A DNA stretch of 63,992 nucleotides, counting the filler, from Chiloscyllium plagiosum (taxonomy: Eukaryota): assembly GCF_004010195.1 (NCBI RefSeq). It is 4 parts of one record of this genome, joined end to end, with 100 filler letters (N's around TTAATTAATTAA, not from the genome) between each part and the next. Parts side by side here need not be neighbours in the genome. Positions count along the whole stretch, not along the records: positions 50,674 to 60,918 come from NC_057712.1; positions 61,019 to 63,992 come from NC_057712.1; 2 more parts are not named here. One strand, given 5' to 3'. Below are positions 51,363 to 63,684 of the stretch, one piece after another. The position numbers and the translations under genes are program-made. Numbering within the stretch: position 1 is the stretch's first letter; every line of letters begins with the position of its first letter. A model generated the notes under the pieces. The model searched no databases, was not told the DNA's origin, and was given only the letters and a program-made list of their open reading frames with translations.

Positions 51363-51442
51363 AGGAAAGTTGGGATATCAAGGAGGTGGGTGCCGAGTAA
51401 ATAGGAAAGTTGGGATATCAAGGAGGTGGGTGCCGAGTAAAT
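51363..51442. repeat. Perfect 40-bp tandem duplication
   Basis: aggaaagttgggatatcaaggaggtgggtgccgagtaaat twice. Confidence 0.95.
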
Positions 51443-52065
51443 ATTTTGAATGATGGGACAGGCCAGCTGAACTGGCCTCTTTTTTTCTCCTCAGAGGGCG
51501 ATGGGGAGAGGTGCTGTGTGGCACATCACTGAGTATAAATACCACAGAGTGGCCGGAGTTAGAACACTCTGGAAGACTTGGAAAGATCACATGGCCATGA
51601 ATATATGGAGCAAATAGGTTAGACCTTACCTCTTGTAATTTACAGGATTAGAATCTGATATATCTATGATTAAAATGAATCGCTGAATTTAGTATTGACA
51701 CATAATAAATGATGTTACCATGATGTCTAAGCCTGATATCAGTTCTTGACTTTACTTATTCCTCAACCAGCTTGTCTTAAACCCAACCTCACAGGATGGT
51801 ATCAAACCACTTGTGAAAAGATGGTGGGTGCTTCAGGATACACTGTCGAGAAGATGATGGCTGCAGTGAAGATCCAGAAATAGACCTGAGGTCATTGAGA
51901 GAAGAGAAGAATCTGAACAGTATTCTTTTGAAGAAATCAGGGGTATTGCTTTCAGACCAGCTAGCCAGAAAAGGCACAGAACTGAACTGCTGCTGTAAGG
52001 GGAAAAAAAAACTCTGATCAAAATACCCCTCTGAGAAATCACCAGAGCATAATGAATCTTAGCCA

Positions 52066-52862
52066 TAGTGTCATAGTCATAGAGATGTACAGCATGGAAA
52101 CAGACCCTTCGGTCCAACCAGATATCCCAACCCAATCTAATCCCACCTGCCAGCACCCGGCCCATATCCCTCCAAACCCTTCCTATTCATATACCCATCC
52201 AAATGCCTCTTAAATGTTGCAATTGTACCAGCCTCCACCACATCCTCTGGCAGCTCATTCCATACACGTACCACCCTCTGAGTGAAATAGTAGCCCCTTA
52301 TGTCCCTTTTATATCTTTCCCCTCTCACCCTAAACCTATGCCCTCTAGCTCTGGACTCCCCCACCCCAGGGAAAATACTTTGTCTATTTATCCTTTCCAT
52401 GCCCCTCATGAATTTATAAACCTCAATAAGGTCACCCCTCAGCCTCCAACACTGCAGGAAAACAGCCCCAGCCTGTTCAAACTCTCCCAATAGCTCAAAT
52501 TCTCCAGCCCTGACAACAACAAAACTTTTCTGAACGCTTTCAAATTTCACAACATCTTTGCGATAGGAAGGAGACCAGAATTGCACGCAATATTCCAAAA
52601 GTGGCCGAACCAATGTCCTGTAGAGCCGCAACATGTCCTCCTAACTCCTGTACTTAATACTCTGACCAATAAAGGAAAGCATACCAAACACCTCCTTCAC
52701 TATCCTATCTACCTGCAACTCCACTTTTAAGGAGCTATGAACCTGCACTCCAAGGTCTCTTTGTTCAGCAACACTCCCTAGGTCCTTACCATTAAGTGTA
52801 TAGTCCTGCTATGATTTGCCTTTCCCAAAATGCAGCACCTCACATTTATCTAAATTAAACGC
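52066..52862 (-). mobile_element. CR1/HER1 3' end
   Basis: LYRTLVRPLLEYCVQFW...WNELPE; tandem (ACTATG)-type tail. Confidence 0.92.
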
Positions 52863-53745
52863 NNNNNNNNNNNNNNNNNNNNNNNNNNNNNNNNNNNNNN
52901 NNNNNNNNNNNNNNNNNNNNNNNNNNNNNNNNNNNNNNNNNNNNNNNNNNNNNNNNNNNNNNNNNNNNNNNNNNNNNNNNNNNNNNNNNNNNNNNNNNNN
53001 NNNNNNNNNNNNNNNNNNNNNNNNNNNNNNNNNNNNNNNNNNNNNNNNNNNNNNNNNNNNNNNNNNNNNNNNNNNNNNNNNNNNNNNNNNNNNNNNNNNN
53101 NNNNNNNNNNNNNNNNNNNNNNNNNNNNNNNNNNNNNNNNNNNNNNNNNNNNNNNNNNNNNNNNNNNNNNNNNNNNNNNNNNNNNNNNNNNNNNNNNNNN
53201 NNNNNNNNNNNNNNNNNNNNNNNNNNNNNNNNNNNNNNNNNNNNNNNNNNNNNNNNNNNNNNNNNNNNNNNNNNNNNNNNNNNNNNNNNNNNNNNNNNNN
53301 NNNNNNNNNNNNNNNNNNNNNNNNNNNNNNNNNNNNNNNNNNNNNNNNNNNNNNNNNNNNNNNNNNNNNNNNNNNNNNNNNNNNNNNNNNNNNNNNNNNN
53401 NNNNNNNNNNNNNNNNNNNNNNNNNNNNNNNNNNNNNNNNNNNNNNNNNNNNNNNNNNNNNNNNNNNNNNNNNNNNNNNNNNNNNNNNNNNNNNNNNNNN
53501 NNNNNNNNNNNNNNNNNNNNNNNNNNNNNNNNNNNNNNNNNNNNNNNNNNNNNNNNNNNNNNNNNNNNNNNNNNNNNNNNNNNNNNNNNNNNNNNNNNNN
53601 NNNNNNNNNNNNNNNNNNNNNNNNNNNNNNNNNNNNNNNNNNNNNNNNNNNNNNNNNNNNNNNNNNNNNNNNNNNNNNNNNNNNNNNNNNNNNNNNNNNN
53701 NNNNNNNNNNNNNNNNNNNNNNNNNNNNNNNNNNNNNNNNNNNNA

Positions 53746-53940
53746 GAGGGAGAGTGGGGGACAGAGAGAGTGGGGGACAGGGAGAGAGTGGGGGACAGGG
53801 AGAGAGAGGGGGCCAGGGAGAGTGTGGGGGCCAGGGAGAGTGGGGGCCAGGGAGAGTGAGGGCCAGGGCGAGAGGGGGCCAGGGAGAGAGAGGGGCACAG
53901 GGAGAGACAGGGGGACAGGGAGAGTGGGGGACAGGGAGGA
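53746..53940. repeat. G-rich minisatellite (about 19-20 bp unit GGGAGAGAGTGGGGGACA)
   Basis: About 10 degenerate units visible next to an 883-N gap. Confidence 0.9.
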
Positions 53941-54160
53941 TGGGTGCAGAAAGTTGTAGAAGCTCTGTAGAAACCCTGATGCTGTTTCGACTGGAGGTTA
54001 TTGCCCCCCTGTCACTGGGCACTGCGTGGTTCAGTCACACCCACATCTACATAACCAGCCTTTAACATCCCGAAACATACAGTGTCTCTGTCTCTTTGCA
54101 GTATCAGCTGTGGACCAACCTTTTCCTCAGGGAGATGGAATTATAACAAGGCATAGAGTA

Positions 54161-54270
54161 CTGAGCTGGTGCCAGGACACTGGACACTGGGCATTGGACA
54201 CTGAGCTGGTGCCCGGATACTGGGCATTGGGCATTGGAAACTGAGCTGGTGCCCAGACACTGGGCATTGA
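54161..54270. repeat. Short degenerate tandem repeat (about 3 x 40 bp)
   Basis: ctgagctggtgcc...actgggcattg repeated, with internal 7-bp subrepeats. Confidence 0.8.
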
Positions 54271-54699
54271 TAAGCAAATACTGTTGCACATCAGCCAGAT
54301 ATTACATAAGTGAAACTCTTTGCAGTTGTGTTACATTTGTCAATTAATGTGTGGCACCAGGAAAACGTATCCAATTAATGGTGCCTGCACCATTGGAAAC
54401 CCTGCTTCCATAGCACATCTCCTCCCCCTCTGCTTCTCCCAGACGAATGAGCTGGTTAAAGTGGGAGAAAGGGAGAGAAGCTGCCATGTCCACCAGAGAC
54501 TTCAGGAATGAATTTTTGACTCCACCTCAGCAAGAATCAGGTTACATAACCTCTTCACTTCATGGATGAGATTTCCAATGAAATGTGTGACCTGCTATAG
54601 CAGGAATTGCAGTCTCAGCAGCTGGAAAGGTAACCGTGAACCTCTTTGTGTTGATCTCCTTCAAGAGCAAAACTGGCAATTGCCCTTTGCCTCACACAG

Positions 54700-56190
54700 A
54701 GGTATAAGTATTTTGCGTCAGTGTTTACTGTGGAGAAGGGCATGGAAGATATAGAATGTGGGGAAATAGTTGGTGACATCTTGAGACTTGTCCATATTAA
54801 AGAGGAGGAAGTGCTGGATGTCTTGAAACGGATAAAGGCGGATAAATCCCCAGGACCTGATCAGGTATACCCTGGAAGTGTGTGGGAAGCTAGAGAAGTG
54901 ATTGCTGGGCCTCTTGCTGAGATATTTGTATCATTGATAGTGACAGGTGAGGTGCCAGAAGACTGGAGGTTGGCTGACGTGGTGCCACTGTTTAAGAAGG
55001 GTGGTAAGGACAAGCCAGGGAGCTATAGACCAGTGAGCCTGACGTCGGTGGTGGGCAACTGGTTAGCAAGGTTAGATCTCACGGAATACAGGGAGAACTA
55101 GCCATTTGGATACAGAACTGGCTCAAAGGTAGAAGACAGAGGGTGGTGGTGGAGGATTGTTTTACAGACTTCAGGCCTGTGACCAGTGGAGTGCCACAAG
55201 GATCGGTGCAGGGTCCACTGCTTTTCATTATTTATGTATTTCGATGTGAATGTAGGAGGTATGGTTAGTAAGTTTGCAGATGACACCAAAATTGGAGGTG
55301 TAGTGGACAGCGAAGAGGGTTACCTCAGATTACAACAGGATCTGGACCAGATGGGCCAATGGGCTGAGAAGTGGCAGATGGAGTTTAATTCAGATAAATG
55401 CGAGGTGCTGCATTTTGGGAAAGCAAATCTTAGCAGGACTTATACACTTAATGGTAAGGTCCTGGGGAGTGTTGCTGAACAAAGAGACCTTGGAGCACAG
55501 GTTCATAGCTCCTTGAAAGTACAGTTGCAGGTAGATATGATAGTGAAGAAGGCATTTGGTATGCTTTCTTTTATTGGTCAGAGCATTGGGAGGTCATGTT
55601 GGAGTTGGGATGTCATGTTGTGGTTGTACAGGACATTGGTTAGGCCACTGTTGGAATACTGCATGCAATTCTGGTCTCCTTCCTATCGGAAGGATGTTGT
55701 GAAATTTGAAAGAGTTCAGAAAAGATATACAATAATGTTGCCAGGGTTGGAGGATTTGAGCTATAGGGAGAGGCTGAACAGGCTGGGGCTGTTTTCCCTG
55801 GAGCATCGGAGACTGAGGGGTGACATTATAGAGGTTTATAAAATCATGAGGGGCATGGATAGGATAAATAAACAAGGTCTTTTCCCTGGGGTGGGCGAGT
55901 CCAGAACTAGAGGGTATAGGTTTAGGGTGAGAGGGGAAAGATATGAAAGAGACCTAAGGGGCAACTTTTTCACGCAGAGAGTGGTATGTGTATGGAATAG
56001 GCTGCCAGAGGATGTGGTGGAGGCTGGTACAATTGCAACATTTAAGAGGCATATGAATAGGAAGGGTTTGGAGGGATATGGGCCAGGTACTGGCAGGTGG
56101 GACTAGATTGGGTTGGAGTCTCTGGTCGGCATGGATGGGTTGGATCGAAGGGTCTGTTTCCATGCTGTACATCTCTATGACTCTAAATGA
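54700..56190 (+). mobile_element. Young CR1/HER1 LINE with an internal deletion
   Basis: KSPGPDQ..WRLADVVPLFKKG..YRPVSLTSVVG joined directly to a later RT segment; long open RT C-terminus and intact 3' tail. Confidence 0.93.
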
Positions 56191-56379
56191 GCTCACTAAC
56201 CTTCAGTACACAAAGTTGGGATGGGGAATAGACTGTGTTTTCCCTTTCCAAACTTCATTTTTGTTCTTTCTGCCTGACAGCAGGATATAAAAACCGCAGC
56301 CACCACAAGTGAGAGTAAGTGGTCTGAGCAAAACCCTGGAAGAAAGAGCCATGGCCCTCATGATATGCCACACCACTTC

Positions 56380-58030
56380 AGCAACTTTAACCAGCAGTAC
56401 AAAGCATGTTTTACTATCTCGGCAATGGTCAACTGGAGCTTGTTAATCTACACCGTTAACATATTAGATATCTTAAATAAAAATCTCACAGAAACACTGT
56501 AAGACAAGATAAAGTACCGACTGTTCCCCAACAAGCCACATCAGATGATATTGCGACAGAAGAACAGCAATATGGGGAAAGGGAAGGGGTTTAAGGACTG
56601 TTTTAAAGAGAGGAATGAAGTAGAGGGGTGAAGGTTTTTATAAAGGAAGGAACTCCAAAGCTTGAGGGCTGAGGCAACCAAAGGCGCAGGTTCTCGTGGT
56701 GAAGAGATTAAAATCAGGGAGGCACAAGATGTCATGGAGAGGGGAGCAAAGAGATCTCAGACGGTGGTGAATGTGGATGAGATTAGAGAGGGCATGGGGG
56801 AATCGGAAAACAAGGGTGACAATTTTAAAATGAAGCTGATGTTTGCCTGGGTCCAAGGTAGGTCAGTGATAGGGAGCTGGTGCTTGGTTTGAGTTCAGCC
56901 ACGGACTGCAGAGTTTTTGGCTGGCTTCCTGTTTAGAGGTTAGAAATGTTGGAGACTAACCACGAGTGCGTTAGAATAATTGAATCTAGGGGTAGCAAAG
57001 GCATTGCTGAAGCAAGCACAAACAAATCAGCAACTCACCCAGAAATGCCAGAACTTTAATAAATAGGAATAGGAGTGGGCCCTTTGGTCCCTCACTCCAC
57101 CATTCAATGGGATTGTCACTATTCCGAAATTCCTCACCTCCACTTTCCCTAAGAATCCTGTGTGTTTCAATGAGACTGCCTCTCATTCTTCTAAACCCCA
57201 GTGAGTAGACTCCCAGGCTGTTTAGCCTTTGCTCAGAAGACAATCCTATCATATTGGGGACTACCCTCCTGCACCTTTTCTGAACACCCTGAGGTGGTAA
57301 TCCCCACTGACGGGGTGTCCATTCTGTTGCTGAATGCATTCACAGCTAAGAAAAGGGTTCTAGTTATGAACAGTTGGGTCAAACGTTAGCATCTGGGACC
57401 CTGGGTTCGAGTCCTGCTCTGGCCGATCGTGGAATTTGAATTCAATTTTTAAAAATCTGGAATTAAGGGTCTAACGATGACCATGAATCCCTGGTTGATT
57501 GTTGGAAAAGCCCATCTGGTTCACTCATGTCCTTTTGGGAAGGAAACTGCTATCATTACCTGGTCAGGCTGACATCTAACTCCAGGCCCACAGCAATGTG
57601 GGCCATTCTTTCTGGGCAATAAATGCTGGCCTAGCCAGAGACACCCTCATCCTGTGAGTGAATAAAAATTACCAAATCAGCATTACAAGAAAATATTGAC
57701 AATATGTAATTGATTTTATGGCTGTAGGTTTTAAGGAGAGTCTTAAAGGAGGAGAGAGGAAAGGTTTAAAGGAAGAAATTCCCAAAATTTAGGCCTCAAA
57801 TGCAGAAAGGGGATTAATAGCAGGCATATGAGAGGCCAGAGGAATGTATAGCTTTCAGAAAGTCATAAAGATAAGACCATGGAGTGAATTAAAGATGATT
57901 TTGAAACTAAGAACTTGCTGAATCACAGGTCAATGCCAACCAGCTGGCACTGTGGTGGTACTACAAGTTAGAAGTCGGGGCACCAGGCTTTTCGATGAGG
58001 TGAAGCTTATAGAGGTCACAGTTTTGAGAG
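56380..58030 (-). mobile_element. Old L2-like fragments, interleaved with CR1 and SINE pieces
   Basis: Purine-rich plus strand similar to the reverse complement of 44480-45190 (e.g. ggaactccaaagcttgagggctgaggc). Confidence 0.5.
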
Positions 58031-58574
58031 GTTCAGGACGTGACTCTGACTATATCCCTTCAATGAGTGAGCTGTGCAGCGGTTGCTAGATCAGAGTTTG
58101 CCAGTAAGCTGTTTTAGCAAGACCAGGGCAACATTTGTTATTCTCCTGGCGCGTCAGTGCTGCTCTGGCCTTGAGTGAAGTGCATTAATTAATAACCAGC
58201 ACCGTGAACAATCCCTCAACAGCACAATTGTATAAACCAACTGACAGCAGGTTAGCATTTGAGGTGAGCGGCTGTGACACACACATCTCAAGAGTTTCAA
58301 AAAATAAACTGCCGCTCACTGTTAGGTGACTTATTTGTCCTGATAAATAAAATGCCAACGGTAAGTAAATGGCCTTGTTTCTCTTGACTCTCGTTAATGA
58401 TTACATGACTGTTGTTGAGAGTTTAACCTGAGCCTCTAACTCCAAACGTACAACATGGAGGGGGGGAGGGGAGCAAACATCCACTCTCACCCATCACTCA
58501 ATAACTCAGAAGCCGATTTAGTTTTAAAAGTACGGTGTGCTTTGATTTGCTGCATGGCCTTGAGTGAATGAATC

Positions 58575-58800
58575 ATGTGACCTCTGCTGAACCAGGAGGC
58601 TGTAGGTTTGAATCCCAATCCAGACTGACCCACCTAGCGCAGTGCTGAAGGAGTGCAGCCCTGTCAGGGAAGCCATCTTTCGGACGAGGTAATAAACCAG
58701 AGCCCCCCTGTCTTTCTTCTCAGGTGGATGTGAAAGGCCACATTTGAGGAAGAGGTCATTTGACCACTGCATGTCCTGGCCAACAATATATGGGTTTAAA
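58575..58800 (+). mobile_element. Deu-domain SINE (SacSINE1/AmnSINE1-related) fragment
   Basis: cagtgctgaaggagtgcagccctgtc...atctttcggacgaggt..taaacc.gagcccc..ctcaggtggatgtgaaa..tgtcctggccaa matches the recalled DeuSINE consensus. Confidence 0.75.
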
Positions 58801-60008
58801 GATTAATCACCAGGATACTGCCGCAAGCAAACACCTCTGAGAACGTTCACTGTGGATGCTAATAAAATTAGTTGCTTTTTTAAAAATCAAAGTTCTTTTG
58901 TCTTAGAATCATATCATATCATTGATGAAATATCATATCATGGATCATCCATGTGAACAACAAAGGGTCTGTCTGTTTTCTAATTGGCCTTGTGGATATT
59001 CTGTGAAGATTGACAGGTTGGGCAGCCAATGGAGGATTTGGGGGCTGGAGCCTGGTATGTGGAAGGTCACATTATCAAATTCCACAGATAGGTGCAACCC
59101 TGCAGGGTGAGAGAGAGAGGCTGCCCTGAGGGGGACCAAAAAGGGAGTGACGCAGGCTCATGTGTCAACTTCAAGGTAGACAGCAAGGGACCACTGACCC
59201 CTGACCACCGGCAAACCCACGTGCAAGGCTAGCAAAAACAGCTCTTGTGTATTCTTCATGCTTCTGCCATTCCTCCTGTCCCTCGGGAAACCCTTAGCCT
59301 TTCTGTCTTGCTGTTTTGGTCTGAATATGGGAGAGTTGTGTTTACCATCACAGCTAGTGCCTCTAGTGATAACATTGTCTAATCTTACTAGGGAGAGGCT
59401 TATCTTTCTCCCAAGGCCTCTGAAGGCAAGACAAGCCACAAATTGGTTGCTAGGTAATAATTGTGAAGGCCAAGCCAAACTCCTAATAAATGAGGTGGTA
59501 ACACTGCCTCATTTTGCGTCCTGGGAATGAAGTAAACACGATTACTTCCATTCTTCACATCAAACCCATACAACATTTCAATTTGATTGTCTTCATGCAC
59601 AGCACTGAAGGCCCCATGACACGTTAGGCCTGTACTGATTCTTTGAACAGCTATCAAATTTGATCACAGAACAGTACAGCACAAGAGCAGGCTCTTCGGC
59701 CCATCATCTCTGTGCTGACCATGATGCTGTTCTGAAGTAATCCCATCTGCCTGCAGAGGCCCACAGTGCACTATTCCCTGTCTATAATTTGGCCGATTCC
59801 CTGATGCTTTTCCCCCATTGTCCTGTCATTGTTCAATGCCAGGACAATGCAAGTTTAAAGTTTCTACCCTTTGAATGTTCATCGTGTTTGGATAGCAGAC
59901 ATTTGATTCTCCCCGTTACACTAACATGAGAAACGGGCTAGAGACCGGTCCTTCCCTCTCTCCGTGGGAGCACAAAATATTATTCGTATGCAGAGGAAAA
60001 ATGTAAAC

Positions 60009-60053
60009 AATGTAGAAAACGCAGGCATCAATTTCTGCACAGCAAGATCCCAC
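60009..60053 (-). mobile_element. Deu-domain core fragment
   Basis: Reverse complement gtgggatcttgctgtgcagaaattgatgcctgcgttttctacatt matches the recalled Deu-domain 3' core. Confidence 0.65.
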
Positions 60054-60201
60054 TTGTGGCATTGTGCAAAAGACCAGAGGTGTAGGTTGATATATCTATA
60101 CATATTCTTATATATATATACTGTACATTGACATATGATATATCTGAAATCGACACATAAATTCGATATATATATTGGTATACTGTACACACTTAACGTG
60201 A

Positions 60202-60918
60202 TGACCCTCCGACAGGGCACCACTCCCGCAGTTCTGACCCTCTGACAGTGCGGCTCTCCCTCAGTACTCACCCTCCAACTGTGCGGCACTCCCTCAGTAC
60301 TGACCCACTGACAGTGTGGCACTCACTCAGTACTGACCCTCCAACAGTGCAGCACTCTCTCAGTACTGACCCTCCAACTGTGCGACACTCCCTCAGTACT
60401 GACCCTCTGACAGGGCGGCACTCCCTCAGTACTCACCCTCCAACTGTGCGGCACTCCCTCAGTACTGACCCACTGACAGTGTGGCACTCACTCAGTACTG
60501 ACCCTCCAACAGTGCAGCACTCCCTCAGTACTGACCCTCCAACAGTGCAGCACTCCCTCAGTATTGACCCTCTGACAGTGTGGCACTCCCTCAGTATTGA
60601 CCCTCTGACAGTTTGGAACTGCCTCAGTACTGACCCTCTGACAGTGTGGCACTCCCTCAGTCCTGACCCTCTGACAGTGCAGCACTCCCTCAGTACTGAC
60701 CCTCAGACATTGCGGCACTCCCTCAGTACTGACCCTCTGACAGTGTGGCACTCCCTCAGTACTGACCCTCCAACAGTGTGGCACTCCCTCAGTACTGACC
60801 CTCTGACAGTGCCGCACTCCCTCAGTACTGACCCTCCAACAGTGCAGCACTCCCTCAGTACTGACCCTCCAACAGTGCAGCACTCCCTCAGTACTGACCC
60901 TCCAACAGTGCAGCACTC
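60202..60918. repeat. 33-bp minisatellite, about 22 units, runs into a gap
   Basis: Unit tgaccctc(ca/tg)acagtg(ca/tg)gcactccctcagtac. Confidence 0.97.
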
Positions 60919-61018
60919 NNNNNNNNNNNNNNNNNNNNNNNNNNNNNNNNNNNNNNNNNNNNTTAATTAATTAANNNNNNNNNNNNNNNNNNNNNNNNNN
61001 NNNNNNNNNNNNNNNNNN

Positions 61019-61808
61019 CAAACAGACCCCACCACCAAAGATATATTTCCCGCCCCTCCCCTCTCAACGTTCCGAAAAGACCACTCCATCTGCGACTCCC
61101 TCGTCAGGTCCACACCCCCCATCAACCCAACCTCCACTTCCGGCACCTTCCCCTGCAACCACAAGAAATGCAAAACTTGCATCTACACTTCCTCCCTCAC
61201 TTCCCTCCAAGGCCCCAAGAGATCCTTCCATATCCATCACAAATTCACCTGCACCTCCACACACATAATTTACTGCATCAGCTGCACCCAATGTGGCCTC
61301 CTATACATTGGGGAGACAGGCTGCCTACTTGCGGAACGTTTCAGGGAACACCTCTGGGACATTCGCACCAACCAACCCAACCGCCTTGTGGCTGAACACT
61401 TTAACTCCCCTTCCCACTCCGCCAAGGACATGCAGGTCCTTGGCCTCCTCCATCGCCAGACTATGGCAACACAACGGCTGGAGGAAGAGCGCCTTATCTT
61501 CCGTCTAGGAACCCTCCAACCACTAATGATGAATGCAGATTTCTCCAGCTTCCTCATTTCCGCTCCCCCCACCTTATCTCAGTCCCAGCCCTCGGACTCA
61601 GCACCGCCTTCTTGACCTGCAATCTTCTTCCCGACCTCTCCGTCCCCACCCTCTCTTCGGCCTATCACCCTCACCTTAACCTCCTTCCACCTAACACATT
61701 CCCAATGCCCCTCCTCCAAGTCCATCCTCCCTACCTTTTATCTTAGCCTGCTTGGCACACCCTCCTCATTCCTGAAGAAGGGCTTATGCCCGAAATTTCG
61801 ATTCTCCT
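61019..61808 (+). mobile_element. Penelope-like element 3' part (GIY-YIG plus terminus with a decayed hammerhead at 61772-61799)
   Basis: GTFPCNHKKCKTC, IIYCISCTQCGLLYIGET, RLEEERLIFRLGTLQP; CTGAAGA-A-GGGCttatGCCC-GAAA. Confidence 0.92.
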
Positions 61809-61829
61809 TGAATGATGATAGACAGTTAG

Positions 61830-63620
61830 ACAACAAATCGAAGGAGGCAATTTCACAAGCATTGGCATCCTCAATGATAGGGATGCCCAGTACATCTGTG
61901 CAAAATATAAGGCTGAAACATTTGGAGCCACCTTCAGGCAGAAATGTCAAGTAGTTGATACAACTCAACTTCTTCCTGAGTTTACCAGCATCACAGATGT
62001 AAATCTTTGGCCAGGTCAAATGGTTCCTTGTGATATTGGGAACAAGCTGAGGCACTTTATACTGCAAAGGCTCTGAGTGCTGACAACATTCTAATATTAG
62101 TCATGAAGACTGTGTTCCAATGCTAGTCTCATCCCTAGCCAAGCTGTTCCAGTACAGGTACTATACCGGCATCAACATGGCATTATGGGAAGTTGCCCAG
62201 GTATGTCCTGTCCACAAAAGGCAGGACAAATCCAACTTCACCAATAGTCACCCTGTGAGTCTATTTTTGATCATCAACAAAGGGATGGAAGAATTCTTGA
62301 TACAAGTAGAATTGACACAACAATAACCTGCTTACTGATGCTCCCTTTGGGTTCTACATAGGTCACTTGGCTCTTGACCTTTAAGAAATGAGCTAAATGC
62401 AAGAGGCGAGGTGTGAGTGACTGCCTTTGACAGTGATATCGAACTTAACTGAGTGTGGCATCAAGAGGTCTAGCAAAATTGGAGTCTGTGAACCCAGGGA
62501 TAAGTCCCCATTTTTTTTAACTCAAGCCAGCACAAAGAAAGATGGCTGTGGTTGTTGGAGATCAATTACTAAACTCCCAAGCCATTCCTACAGTGCAACG
62601 AAGGCTGGACAGGAGTGGGAGAGGGATGATTCATTGTTATGGTCTAGCACATACCAACAATACAGGCAGGAATAGGAAAAATGTTCTGTTTAGATAGTAT
62701 GAGGAACTAAGCACCAATTTGAAGAACAGAACCTTAGGGTAAGATATTACCTGAGCCATTTGCCAACTAGTAAAAAGTGCATAAGATTAATGAAACAAAT
62801 AGATGGTTCAAAGCCTGTTGTGGCAGTTGGGGATGACAGTTTGTGGGACACTGACATCAATACTAGGGAAGGTGAGGCCTATACTGTTGGGATGATCTGC
62901 ACATGAACCTTGTTGGGACCAGTGCTCTAGAAAACTGTATAACTAGGAAAATAAAGAGTTACATGAGGGAAAACATTTGGGAGCCTGTATGAATGAAAGA
63001 GTCAAGTCAAGACAGTAGAGCAAAATAGTAATGTGGAAAATGAAGGTCAGACAATTGCAAGAAGAAACAGAGAGATTGAATCTAAGATGACACCAATAGT
63101 GAGATTAGATATTATACAGATAACAAAAAGACAAAACTAATGGTTATATATCTGAATGCATGTTGTATTCATGACCAAGTAAACAAACTGATAGTGCACA
63201 CTGAAGTGAATAAATACAATTTGATGGCCATGACATACTGTGGCTGCATGATGACAAGGTTTGTGTACTAAAAGTTAAGGATATCTAACCTTCAGGAAGA
63301 ATAGAAAACAAGTGAAAACAATAGGTAAGTAAGTAGTAATAGTAAAAGAGGAAGTGTAGATCTGCTAATCAAAGATTGCATTTGTGCAATAGTGATATTG
63401 TTGTTTCAGGATGTAGAATAAGTCTCAGAGAAATGAGGAATTTTTGAAGAAAGAAATCACAAAAAGGGGTGGCTGACAAGATTGGAGAAAGTGTACAAAG
63501 AGTCATATCATGTTCTTCTGATAAAGGATGACAATAGTAATGGTGATTTTAATCTACAATTAGAATGGAAAAATCAGTTGCAGAGTTCATACGATGTTTT
63601 TGGTTTAGTTTGTTGGAGCT
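61830..63620 (+). mobile_element. Highly decayed CR1-group LINE fragments
   Basis: AQVCPVHKRQDKSN..HPVSL and, later, an endonuclease start IYLNAC. Confidence 0.6.
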
Positions 63621-63684
63621 GGAGCTGAAATTTCTAGAATCTACCAAAAGGCATCTGGATGGGTATATGAATAGGAAGGTTGGG

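Noticed and set aside
51771..51994. Plus-strand exon-like segment (pyrimidine tract-CAG to GTAAGG)
   Set aside because: All three frames from the acceptor hit stops and the open sub-frame resembles nothing I recognise. A non-coding exon cannot be supported without RNA data.
52816..54022. Long ORFs of 347-390 aa (also 36536-37210)
   Set aside because: Translations of N-gaps and low-complexity sequence.
60248..60970. 240-aa repetitive ORF, and a superficial CRISPR-like look
   Set aside because: A direct 33-bp tandem array with no unique spacers; the frame stays open only because the period is a multiple of 3.
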